Notes under the pieces: model-generated
Told to the model about the DNA's origin: nothing
The model's input: only the letters and a program-made list of their open reading frames with translations
The model's database searches: none
Shown: positions 45,918 through 58,100 of the stretch, piece by piece
Layout: the number at the start of each line of letters is the position of its first letter
Numbering within the stretch: position 1 is the stretch's first letter
Program-made: the position numbers and the translations under genes
NCBI RefSeq assembly: GCF_963853765.1
Contig: NC_088857.1
Location: 5,952,001-6,016,000, forward strand
Source of the DNA: Magallana gigas
Taxonomy: Eukaryota
Reading direction: 5' to 3'
Length of the DNA: 64,000 nt

Positions 45918-48900
45918 TCATTGAAGGACAACCTGTCCCTCCTGAATAGCAATATGTGGGGGTGAAGAGGTTGTACCCCCTGTCTGCTGTGACACAGACA
46001 CAGTCTCTGTAGGGACAATGTTTCCTCTTAACACTATCTGCCCTCCCTCTACTTGAATTTGGGCTGGGCCTGACTCCATAGAGGAAGGGCACTCTTCACT
46101 GCTATTATTGCCCTGGATCTCACTATTAACATTGCCCTGGACCTCATTATGATTATTGCCCTCAGCCCTGATAGATGCATTGACATTGTCCTGGTTCTCT
46201 CGTTGGATCTCTTGACTATCCACACAAGGTGGGTTACTGTGAACAGTATCGCTGGTCAACACTATGGCACCGTCTTGAACATTTAACTGACACACTCTAC
46301 CGCATGACGCATTGTCTGTATGAATGGATTCTGATTGAAGAGATTCACAATTTTCATGTGGAGAACATAAATCTGTTAGTAATATGGCCCCGTTTTGAAC
46401 TGTTATAGACTGGCATTGACAGGAGCGAGAATTCTCCCTGGTACGACCCTCTGGTTCATCAGAAGAGGTCTGAACAGAAACGCTACACGTATTTGAGGTG
46501 GGTCGTGTTTGCTGAACATACAGTTCTCCTTCTGATAAAATGGAAGAATCACGAGATAAGGATGGCAAGCAAGTGGCACACGCACTGGCTATTGAAGATT
46601 CATGAATAATGTAATTATTGAAATTAATCACTTCACGAGCAGGATTCCTGTCTATGGTACTATATAGCGGTGGGGGAGATCCTCTGCCCATATTTATCTC
46701 CCTTTCTACATCAGAATATGAAGGTGGCACACCAATGGGAGAAATCTCACTCCTTGGTATGTACTGAATGCCATTGTTCACATTCACAATAATGTTTCCG
46801 TAAGTAGAAGACGCAGACAGAAAAGGGTCCATCTCTATGGCATTCTGATTATTGTCTTGTTGATTCTGACTGCTGACTGTCCTATGGTACTGTCGTAACA
46901 TTCTTTCAGCAGAGCGTGGGAAGCTCTTCATTCTGAACCTGAATACAATCACCACGATGACGGAGATCAGGAGAACTGTGCCGACGGTACACCCAATCAC
47001 AGCGTAGACCGTGGTCTTCAGCCACGACATCTGTGTCTTGTCACTGGGCAGGTTTGATGTGGCATTGATCACCTCTACAAAAGCATCAACACAAACTTTA
47101 ACATCTCAGGATGACTTACAATCTGGACCACTATAAACTGGTATACAGTAGTCAGTAACAGTAGTATATAAAACAAATGTATTGCTTTTTACATGCATGT
47201 TACATTACACCCCCCCCCCCCCCCCATTAAACTTCAAATAAAGAGCGGCTTTATTACTTGATGTATGCACTAACTCGATCTCTTAAATGCATGCCAGGAA
47301 ATCATCCTTCTAATTATCAATTGCAATTAAATATTCATCTTAAAGCAGTAGCATCTCTATAATTTATCTAGCTGGTGTAATTGGTTTGATTTTGTGTCCA
47401 ATTTTACCTTCATCCTTTGAAGTCTGATGCTGATGCACAAAAAAACAAAAAGCTTAGAAATGACTCTAATGGCTCCAATTTAAAAGGTCCAAAAAATGCA
47501 GTTAGCATCAAAACAAAAAACCAGATTGATAAAATGTTAAAATTACCCTCTGTAATGGCAAGAATTGTACTTCTAATATTAACAAATGATTTGAAGGATG
47601 TTTGAGCTGCAAAATTGAAGCAGGAAAGGCAAACAGATATCTATATTTTAACAGCTCCAATTGACTGAAATTTGTGCAAAATTTCTGGACATGAGTGATG
47701 AAGGACTATCCAAGTGGTTTGTTGAAGTGTCTGTCCTAATGTAAAGCTAAGTGTACCCATATGTATTTCTGATGAGATCACTTTGGAGTATTGTCCACAC
47801 TTCTCCATGTTCATTAGGTATTGCTAATCACCTGTTTGGGGGTACTGGTCATCTGTGATGAGACAATACTCATCTGACCAGTCTCCACAGTGGTCTATGT
47901 GCTGGCTGTCACACACCAACGTCTTGTTGATGCACCGCTGGTTCTGACAAATAAACATGTCCTCACACTTGGCTGCAATAGACAAAGAAATTAATAGGAA
48001 TTAATTAAATTATTAATACCAAACCTACATGCAAGTACATTACAAACCTTTTGGGGTTTTTTTTATCAAATATTCTCTGTTGAATGTTGAAAGACTGCAA
48101 ACATCTATATAAATTATATAACCACATTTTTCTCAAGAATAGCTAAACTGACTTTCATCTGTTGTGAGTGTATTTTCAATCATTAGGATTGATGAGGGAG
48201 TTATATGTCAGTGTACAATGTGTCCTGAGAATAGAACAAGCTCAGCCTCACCGTACTGACAGTTTCTTTCATCTGATCCGTCAATACAGTCTGGATGTTT
48301 ATTGCAACGTTGTTCCATGGGAATACAGACTTTATCAGACTCGCATAAAAACTGTTTACTATGACACCTGGCACCTGTAGCCACTGAAATAAAATGAATA
48401 CATACATATCAAGAATCCAGGGTATAATCATCGAGATGTGTTTATTTTCTAATTTTCTACAACATCTTAAAGCTGTTTGGTTTTATTGAATATCATATTT
48501 TCTGAATGCTGTAATACAATGATTTTATTTTGTAAACCTGCTCACTGTACAGACAGATGTCAAACTGAAGCATGGGTTGGATTATAGTAACATCACTAAC
48601 AAAAATAATCAATATACCACCTAACCTTTCATCTTATGGGCATAAAGTGATGAACTCCTGTCTACATGGTCTAGTAAAAACTTACACTTTGAGATGACTC
48701 GTATGGAGAGTCCTTTCTTTGTTTGCAGTGTGGAGCTATTGTAGAAACACTGGTAGATGCCAGCATCTTTCCCGGTGATATTCTTGATAATCAGTGTCCT
48801 GGTGAAGTTGTCTGCCCACTCTTGGTGGATCTCATCCTCTGATTTCCACACCCCTCGCCAGTACAGTGCTTTAGGGGGGCCCCCATTGGCACTGACACTG

Positions 48901-49841
48901 CACCTTACTTCTAAGTTATGTCCTTCTTCTACCTCAATGCTCTTACTTGAGTGGATGATTGGGTAGCTCTGGGTGGACACTATCAAAATGATACAACAAA
49001 TAAATAAAGATTATTTGAAATAGCTGACCATAGTTTTAGTATGACTTAAAGAAATGTACATGTGGTTTATAAGCACAATAATATTTCAACCCGAAATTTT
49101 AAGCTTTCTTATAATTTACCAAAATAGATGTACAACTATACAAGCACACAGACAGAGCAGATAAGTATTGCCCTAACAATTTGATCTACATAATTTTTGG
49201 TAATTCAATCTCTGCATGTCTTATGAATTATTATAAAGCATGGTAATAAATTTAAAAAGAATATTGTTTTATGATACTAAGTTAGCAGTAAACAATTAAT
49301 ACACAAATTCAAATCAAAAACTTTAAAGTTAAATGAGCTCAAAAAGATAGGGAAAATAGACAAGTTATATTCTTTTCTTTTGGTATATTAGCGAGCATAA
49401 AAGCTTGCCTGTGCGAACAATGAATAGAAATTTCAAGCTACTGCTCTCTTTGACCTATTAAATTTTCAGTAACCAGAATTGCAGTCACAATTCTGTGTTA
49501 ATTGCATATAGATTCCAATTTCACATTTACAGAACAAGTAAAAATGTATTCTGAAAATTTCATGCACAAAAAACGTAAAATAAATAAAACATTTTACTGC
49601 TCATCGTTTATATTCAGGGAAGTTGAAAAAAAAGCCAGATGATACCAGACTTAAAATGCCAAAGTGAACTCTGACAATTTATAATGAAGAGATCAGATTT
49701 ACTATATAAACGATAATACATCGTCATCGATAATATCTGAATATGACAGATCTTACTGCACTATACTCTATAGACGTATTTACCATGATGCATACATGTC
49801 CAAAGCACAGATATAAACAAAACATTAGAGAAAGTTGTCAT
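45918..49841 (-). CDS. LDLRAD3: LDLRAD3-like type I membrane receptor: signal peptide, Ig domain, 2x LDLa, TM, long PY-motif tail (about 593 aa)
   Basis: Exons 49841-49784 (MTTFSNVLFISVLWTCMHH), 48979-48686 (Ig: C...LYW...DAGIYQC), 48383-48252 (LDLa ...CIDGSDERNC), 47972-47832 (LDLa ...CGDWSDEYC), 47074-45918. All introns are phase 1. The tail NVNNGIQY...PPSYS...PPPLYS matches my recollection of vertebrate LDLRAD3 (NVNNGIQY...PPSYS...PPPPYS). Orthology needs a phylogeny. Confidence 0.8.
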
Positions 49842-50736
49842 ATCTTGCTTCCCTCCTCTATCAGCATGCAATTCATCATATTGTTTACAATAATAGCCAG
49901 GCCAAGAGACAAATTATGTCCACACCATAAAGCGGAAGTTATAATTAGTGCGACCCCTATCGGAGAACATCATAGGGTGGGGTAAAAGTAGGGATATTGT
50001 AAAATTGTATGTTTATTTTAAGTAAATATTAAGTAAACATTCGTTAATGTCACCATAAATAATACTTTTAAAATGCGTACTGAAATTCAGTTTGTTAAAT
50101 TAATTTATAAAATTATAGATGAGATGACTGTTGTTTTGAGGTTATTTTTGTTTTACGGAAGATATCTTATAAATAGAAATTACATATATTCCTATATAAA
50201 ATGAAAGCAAAGTTACGAATTGGTCATTTGGACAATTCCTGNNNNNNNNNNNNNNNNNNNNNNNNNNNNNNNNNNNNNNNNNNNNNNNNNNNNNNNNNNN
50301 NNNNNNNNNNNNNNNNNNNNNNNNNNNNNNNNNNNNNNNNNNNNNNNNNNNNNNNNNNNNNNNNNNNNNNNNATTCATTATGGCAATCAACGACAATTTG
50401 TCTTATTTCTTTTTATTTAAAGAAGATTTTTTTTTATCAAAAATCTATATGATCTATAAATATGGTTTTGTCTTTGAAGATCATGCGCGGATCCAGAATG
50501 TCAGGGGGGGGGGGGGAGGGGGGGGGGGGATATCCATGTTTGTCAAGGAGGGTCCGAGTCATATTTTTATTTTATATTACTTTTTATATTACTTTTATAT
50601 CATACTTGTCCTATATCACAAGTATGTTATTTCAGACAGTGACAGATCTAGACTTACGATCCTATCACATACATGTATGTTATCTATATTTAAAACAGTG
50701 ACATACTATATGGTGTAATTTTAAGATAGGAGGACA

Positions 50737-52976
50737 ATGGGGATCACAAAGCAGGAGCTGAGTCTTCCGGGAAACTCCAAGGGAAAGCTGGCCTTTGTCC
50801 TGTACGACGTGTTCACAGAAGAAGTGAGTTGCCGTAACAACAACAATTTGATATAGATGTATATTTTAAATATCGTATTGATCAGAGACATATATAACAG
50901 GTTAGTACATGTATATACGTCCCTGTTATGATGTAGTTTGAATTGTACATGTAGATATTACAAACGAGATGCAGGTAGAGATGCGCACAATGATATATTT
51001 AGATAGATAAAAAATTCATGGTCAGATGTTGTCAGACTCAATGGATTGATGATATATCACGATTCCGATACAGTTTAAGATTCCTTTTTTTTGGGGGGGG
51101 GGGGGGGGGGGGGCTTGTACCAAACGTGAAGTATGACAACCCAAGATAAAAAAAAGTTCATTTTGTCAATTTGGGAGGGGATGGGCTAGCTGACGCTTAT
51201 ATGTAATGCATAAAATAAGATATCTCTAAATAAGGGAAGAATTCTATATTAAATAAATCAATATACAGAATAATGAATCTATACTGGCCATTGAATAAAA
51301 CAAAATGGAGCCTTCCTTATTGCTTGGACATGTCTGAATTTGACAGGAATGTAAGAAGTACATTGAGGACTCAGAGAGGCGGGGCTACGAACTGGCCCTG
51401 GTCAATATCGGCGGAGGAAGGTATGTGCATTCCCACTACTGCCTTTCTACACATCTATGCACAGTTAACGTTACAAATATACATGTAAGATCTATTTACC
51501 TGTACAATAAATTAGGGTATCAATTTTGGAAATGTACGGTATATATTTTACTTTTGCTTGGTACCTTGTCTATCAATGGGAACTCTACGCGTGGTTCAAA
51601 CAACTTCGTTTTTGCAGACCATATATAAGTACATGTATAGTTAAATATTTGACTGTATAATTTGGAGTTTATTCCAACTTTACAGACTATGTTCTGAGGA
51701 GTTTTCTAATTCTTTAATCACAGACAAATGGAAGCCACGGACGTGCGAAACAACGCCAGAAACATCTGGGATTCCAGAGAGGAGGCCGCTAATATCCTTC
51801 AAAGAATCCAAGATTACCTTCCCAAAGAGTGGAAGGGAAGAAAGCTTGTGGAACTTAATGAAAGGTATGGCTGAGAAAATGTCATCTTCGCTAGCCAAGG
51901 GTTTTGCGGTCCACTTTGCTCCCCATAAACAGGGGTTTATGGGGAGCAAAGTGGACCGAAAACCCTTGGCTAGCGAAGATGAGAAAATGTATTGAGTGTT
52001 TTTAAAATTTACTTCATTAACGTTCTTTCCATCCTTCAAGGAATGACCCAGTATTGCGTCATGAATTAAACAAAACTTTACTTACATTAATTTCAGTTTA
52101 ATATTTCCTCTGTCCCGAGTAAAAATATGATAGTTAATCTAATAGCTATTATTTCACCAACAAATTATTGAAATTATTGATACTCCTTGCGCTTTGATTG
52201 TAAAGGTTGCGGTTTTTGCGATACAACCCAGGTGAATACTTCAAACCTCATTTTGACGGTTCTTACATGAGGACCAATGGGGATGTAAGTTACATCACTG
52301 TCCAGATCTACCTAAACGAAGTAAGTCATCTATATTTAGAGTCGTTATCTGATCAATCTCTAGAATGTCTTATTGTTATCTGAATTATTTCTCTCGCCAA
52401 GGGATTCAAAGGCGGCAGTACAACGTTTCTGAACAAATTCGACAGCAAGGACGGCGGGTTAGAGGTTGTTCCTAAAACAGGCAAGAAATGAGACATATAT
52501 ATAGCGTGTAATGCAATCAATAATCAATCGAACACGTCCTACTTTTGAAATAGTTTATTTAAGCTAAAACTACAATTTACAATCATTTGAACACGTCTTT
52601 TAAAATAATGAAACTTAGTTTAAGTTGAATAGCGAGTTTAAAAACTGTAAAAACCCTCTAGAATCAATCGAATGCAACTTTGTATACAAGTACATGTAGT
52701 ATCTTTGATTATACGCTAAATAATGAGTTTAAGACCTGCACACTTTGTATCCTTTAGCATGTTTGTTTAGTACATTGGGTAAGAGGAGAAAGACGAGCAA
52801 TATCCCTGTATATCGCCTGTTGATAAATTTTGGTCGTTTTCTAATCTTTTACAGGATCAGTGCTGATTTTCCAGCACGATATCCTTCACGAGGGATCAAT
52901 TTTGGAAGAGGGCCGGAAGTACGCCATTAGAACGGATGTTATGTATACAAAAAATGCTAGCACCAACAACTGTTGA
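50737..52976 (+). CDS. 2OG-Fe(II) oxygenase, prolyl 4-hydroxylase-like small protein (about 205 aa)
   Basis: Exons 50737-50823, 51347-51420, 51724-51864, 52206-52320, 52402-52480 (GC donor), 52855-52976. Intact HxD (FKPHFDG), YLNE..KGGST, distal H (LHEG) and the 2OG-binding R (KYAIRTDVMY). Confidence 0.9.
51882..51982. repeat. 101-bp palindromic MITE-like hairpin 18 bp into an oxygenase intron
   Basis: TCATCTTCGCTAGCCAAGGGTTTT..GGTCCACTTTGCTCCCCATAAAC / GTTTATGGGGAGCAAAGTGGACC.AAAACCCTTGGCTAGCGAAGATGA. Confidence 0.9.
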
Positions 52977-53034
52977 ATAATGTATTATTATATATGATGT
53001 AATTTACACATACTTCGTCATTCTGTGTTGTGCT

Positions 53035-53300
53035 TGATGTCCCGTTTGCCTGTTCTTACATGTACAATCACACATGTTTCCATATTCTGTGTGTACACAT
53101 GTATGTCCCGTTTGCCTGTTCTTACATGTACAATTACACGTTTCTTTATTCTGTGTATATGTATGTCCCATTTGCATGTTCTTACATGTACAATAAAACA
53201 TGTTTCTATAGTCTGTGTACGTGTATGTCTCGTTTGCCTGTTCGTACATGTACAGTTACACGTGTTTCTATATTCTGTGTACATGTATGTCCCGTTTGTC
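53035..53300. repeat. About 60-bp tandem repeat x5 downstream of the oxygenase stop codon
   Basis: TGTATGTCCCGTTTGCCTGTTCTTACATGTACAAT... units. It explains the four spurious repetitive ORFs at 53004-53401. Confidence 0.9.
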
Positions 53301-54479
53301 TGTTTGTTAGTGTTTGGTGGCTTGTTTTAGAGCCCTGCATTACTGTGACAGAGCACGTTTTTGGGTTTCTCTTCTTTGTCTGTGATATATACTTTATCTA
53401 AATCATGCAATCATATAATTTACTGTTCAGGCTATATGACATGAAATGCAATAAAATCTCGGTTGATATTAAATTTTGTTGAGTCAAATTATGATTCAGT
53501 AGAAGGGAGTATACATGTATCTGGTAGTTGCTTTCCTTAACCAGCAGATAAATATCGATATGTCAACCAAAATGTGAATCAGCGTTTGTCAGTAATACAT
53601 ATGTACGTATCATTAGTCAATCACACCAGTATAAGTATGAATTTTTATGACGAGTAGATAAAATTTACCCACATCATGTGAATATGCTTATAAATATAAT
53701 CGTTATATTATCGTAATTACGATTTTGAAAAGTACTAGAGTTGACAGATATACAGATACTGAGTTTGCAAATTTATCCTGGAAATTGAATGGCAAGAAGA
53801 TATATATTTAGTGCAGTCTGTTATTATTACAGTCTTTAAAATCATGCCACTGTGAAGATGTTTAGAATCATTGATATATATAGGTATCCAATGAATTCCT
53901 AAACAAACGATGATTAATTACTGTTCCGCATTATGTTAAGAATATAGGGGATTAAATCTCCCGAACCTTCCATTGGATTATGTGTACACATTTATACAAA
54001 TAACTGTTTGTTCAAGTTATGTCTCTCAGAAAATACTTAGAAATACTGTGGCTTTTCCACGGTACAGTATGTTTCTCTGACCGACATCTACTCACAATTA
54101 TAAGTTCTTTAAAAACATCAGCTACTGAGCACATGCTTACAGAGATGGACTGCACAATCGTTTTCTAATGTAAAACCATTACTTTATAGCCATGATTAAA
54201 TAAAAGTTTGTCAAAACTTCTTCAGTGTCAATCAGATAAATACATGTACATTGAGACATTTTAAAAACTGAGGAAAAATAACGATTTTTTAAATCGTGTT
54301 TCTTCTATGTTTCTCGTGATACGATATAAAGATAAGCAGTAGTATATACGATTTCTATTTTTATTTTTTTTTGGGGGGGGGGGGGGCGTTTAGCAGGTCG
54401 TGAACTGAGTACACTGGAGAATTTGATTCAGAGTCACACTCTTTACTGAATATTAAGAATGAGGCATCATATTCCGTTA

Positions 54480-55000
54480 AAAAAATCCTTCTTTGATATC
54501 ATAAATTCGACTTTTATTCTTGATTTAAAAAAAGGTTTTCTGATATCAGATAATCATTTTTTGATCAAATGTTTATTGATATCAAAAAATCATTTATATT
54601 TTCTGGTATCAGAAATTCGATTTTTTTTTATATTGTATAGCCTTGTAATATACTGTTAACTTAGCGCTTTCAATATATAAGATCGGAACTATTAGGAATA
54701 CTCCTAAAATTCTCACATTAAATAAATCTTTTTTTTAAAAAACAACAAAATTTAGAATGCATATCGAACTGTGAAATTTGTTCGTCATTTTATTTGAATT
54801 TCTGACGTCAAAAAATATAATTCTTGATATCTAAAAATCAGTTTGAATTTATGATATAGAATCAAAGAATCGAATTTCAGATATCAGATATTGTTTTTTA
54901 TACCAGAAAATTGATTTTGGAAAAAATTAATGCATTTTTCTAAATCAAGAAATCGAATTTCCTGATGTCAAAAAAACATTTTTCCGATATCAGAAAATAT
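54480..55000. repeat. Repeat built from TGATATCA(G/A)AAAAT / ATCGAATTTC subunits
   Basis: Many short degenerate direct and inverted subunits such as TTTCTGATATCAGA and GATATCAGAAAAT. Confidence 0.55.
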
Positions 55001-55175
55001 AAAACAATCTCTCTCGCGTCTACAATTTTCCGGATGTGATCGAAATTGGTCTAAGTATTATTAGGTTTCCCGCTATTTCCTGTAAAATTTCGAGAAGCGA
55101 GCGAAGTGTCCTCTGTCCTGTGTTTACTTTGTTGTTAACTGGTTATGAATATTTGTTAATCTAAATTCCACGTGT

Positions 55176-58100
55176 ATGGACAACAGAACGAGAAAAAGAA
55201 TCCGAGACGCCAAATCTAAAGCCAGACCGGGTAATTATTAAATCAAATACGATGGAAGCAATGGGGAAAATATGCTATTTTCAAAATTCTGAGAATTGTC
55301 ACTTATTTTATTTTCATGAATATTATTTTTACTTGCACCTCAATTACTAATTTACTATTTTTCAATATCCTTCCATGTAATGTGATAATGGAGTTTAAAG
55401 GAGTTCAAAAATAACCAATGTATTAACAGCTGATTAAGGTGGCTCATTGAAATAGTTTCTCAAATCAGCAGAAATTACTTGGTTTTGTTATACAGCATGA
55501 TGGATATGAAGTATAGAAGTCAAATAGACATAAAATATGCAAATTTGGATAAAAAATTAAAGATTTTCAAAAATTTTACTCAGTAATCATGAACAAAAGC
55601 CGCAGACGGATTCGAACATGATCTGCGGTTTACTAGCCCAATACTTTAACTATACTCTGTTTTTGCTTCCACCACTTTTTGCTTGATATTTCAATAATAG
55701 TAAATACCTTTGTGCTCAAACTATGTTCATCCACTAATATAAAAAATGTCCAGATTATCTGTTTTGAAACGCCCCCTCTACCGCTTCAGGTTGCAATACA
55801 CATCCCGAAATTGAAAGTCTACGGAGATTTTGCATTGCAACAGCCATTAATAAGCCCAGATGATAACGTTAAAAAATTGCGCGATGTATTCCGAGTGAAT
55901 TCCGAATGGAGAAAAGATGTAATTATTCCCCATTATAAATCTCCGTAAGGAATCTGTTTTCGTTCCTGTGAATTTTTCTGAGTGAAAAGGGGTAATTGTT
56001 CAATGAAGATATCTTGGATATTCCCTTTTAACGATTTCAACTGTATTTCTTTCACAGGTATGTGTATTTTTATTAAAAATCATCAAAAAGCGATGGAAGC
56101 AATAACTTGGGACATACTTTAGGCCTAAAAAAAAAAAGTTGTGTGTTTAGGGTAACCCGACCTAACCTACAGATATGCCCCTATCCTACTATTTTTAGAT
56201 GTCTGTTTTTTTCCGATTGTGAATTTTATAATATTTCTATTAAAAAATCCATTTTTAAATATGACACAAACAAACATTCTTATGATTCATGCAGAAAAAA
56301 ATATGATAAAATAAAAAAAAATCCCTACCTACCTAACCTAATTTTTTTCATCAGTGTTACCCTAAACACACAATTTTTTTTATAGGCCCTATTAAGCAAT
56401 AACAATATACAACCAAATGGATTGATACAAACAGTTAAACAAAACATTTAAATTGCCATCTTATGACTTAGTCTTTTAAAAAATATAAGTCTAGGTGTAG
56501 TTTGGTACTTAAAGGTGGTATGGGGTACCTGTCGATATTAATGTGGATATAAATACATTATATTTGAAATACTTTTACCGTTTTATAATTACAATACTTG
56601 ACCAAAAACTATGTTCTGAAAATTTTTGGAAAAGTTAACTGGCGTGTGACCAGTTCTCACCGAGTACCATTTCTCTCCAGCACATTGTCACATCATTTTC
56701 GTCTATAATTTTATGTGTTGATAAAATGACGTCACAATGTACTGGTGAGAAATGGTACTCGGCGAGAACTGGTCGCATGCCAGTGTAACTTTTAATTATA
56801 GAAGTCTCAGAATGTTTCAGACTCATAACTTACAGATTCGTACTAACCGCTTGTGCTTCACTGTTAGGTAACAATTTTGAGAAAGAAAAAAATTATAAAA
56901 TTATTCTTGATTTTATTGCTTATTTTGATAGGAAGTATTTCACAATATGGAGGTGGCCAATTCAACCTCAAAACGCCTGATGTTTGGTTATCAATAAGTA
57001 TAACTTTCATAATCGTGATGATGGAAATAATATGCCCCTTAATTAAGTAATAAACAAGGTAAACATCGCCCCCATCTACTGACTGACTGCCTCAAATGGG
57101 TCGGTCGTTTCCAAATCCTTAAATGTCTTGGTACACTCACAATTTGACTAAAATAGTGCACTACATTTGCAATTGATACAAATCTTTCCTTCTGTATCTG
57201 CTGCTTCAAGAATGTGCCAAATACAAAAGGCGACTTTTGACACAGCAATAATAAAACAACTAACATTAAGTTGAACGTCAGTAAGTAATTGTTATATATG
57301 TAAATGATATTTCAGAGCTTGAAAATATCACCAATGGATGGGAACAGTTTCGTTACGCACAAACATTTGACTTGAGCCACTCTTCAGTGCATGATAATGT
57401 TGAAAGAATAGATGCCAGGTTCATATCCAAAGAGGAGTTTATTGAGAAGTATGAGCGCCTCTACAAGCCAGTGGTGATAACTAATGCACAGATAGAGTGG
57501 GGAGCTGTCAAAAAATGGAGTGAGAGGGTATGATTTTCTGCTTATATATAGACATCAACTTTATTTCTGGTCAAAATAATCACACTTTAGAAGTACTCGT
57601 ACTAGATTAGAGGGAGTCATGTTTGAAGATAGAAAACCTGTCATTTTGAATTTGTGCTGTTTTGAATAAATAAGACCAACACCAAAAATTTATTTTTGCC
57701 AATATTGAAAAAAAAAAATCGCCATCGCCACTGCCGAAGCCCAGGTCGAGCACCGATTTGTAATATTAAATTTTTCTGCTATTTCTCTATATTTATACAA
57801 TATGTTATTAAAATCTGATGTCGTTGTTTTGATATTTTCATGAAATGTTTAACTTACAAGCATCTGTCCTGCTTGCAGAGGCTAGCCAAGAAGTACCGTA
57901 ACCAGCGGTTTAAGTGTGGGGAGGATGATGAGGGGTACTCGGTCAAGCTGAAGATGAAGTACTTTGTGGAGTACATGAGTGACAACAAGGATGACAGCCC
58001 CCTCTATATCTTTGATAGTAGTTATGGGGAGGTAAACCAAAATCAACAGTGTGAATAAATTGATATGCTAAGAAGCATATTAAAATTATAATGATAAAGA

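Noticed and set aside
48201-48431. ORF-track translation suggesting a CUB-like beta-rich exon
   Set aside because: A different frame of the same exon gives a canonical LDLa repeat with matching phase-1 splice sites.
50765-50773. Perfect GAS/STAT motif TTCCGGGAA
   Set aside because: It lies inside coding exon 1 of the oxygenase (Leu-Pro-Gly-Asn codons); a single 9-mer is expected by chance.
53004-53401. Four overlapping Cys/His-rich repetitive ORFs resembling a metal-binding repeat protein or CRISPR-like array
   Set aside because: They come from an about 60-bp tandem repeat open on both strands. There are no unique spacers, no cas genes, and the context is eukaryotic.
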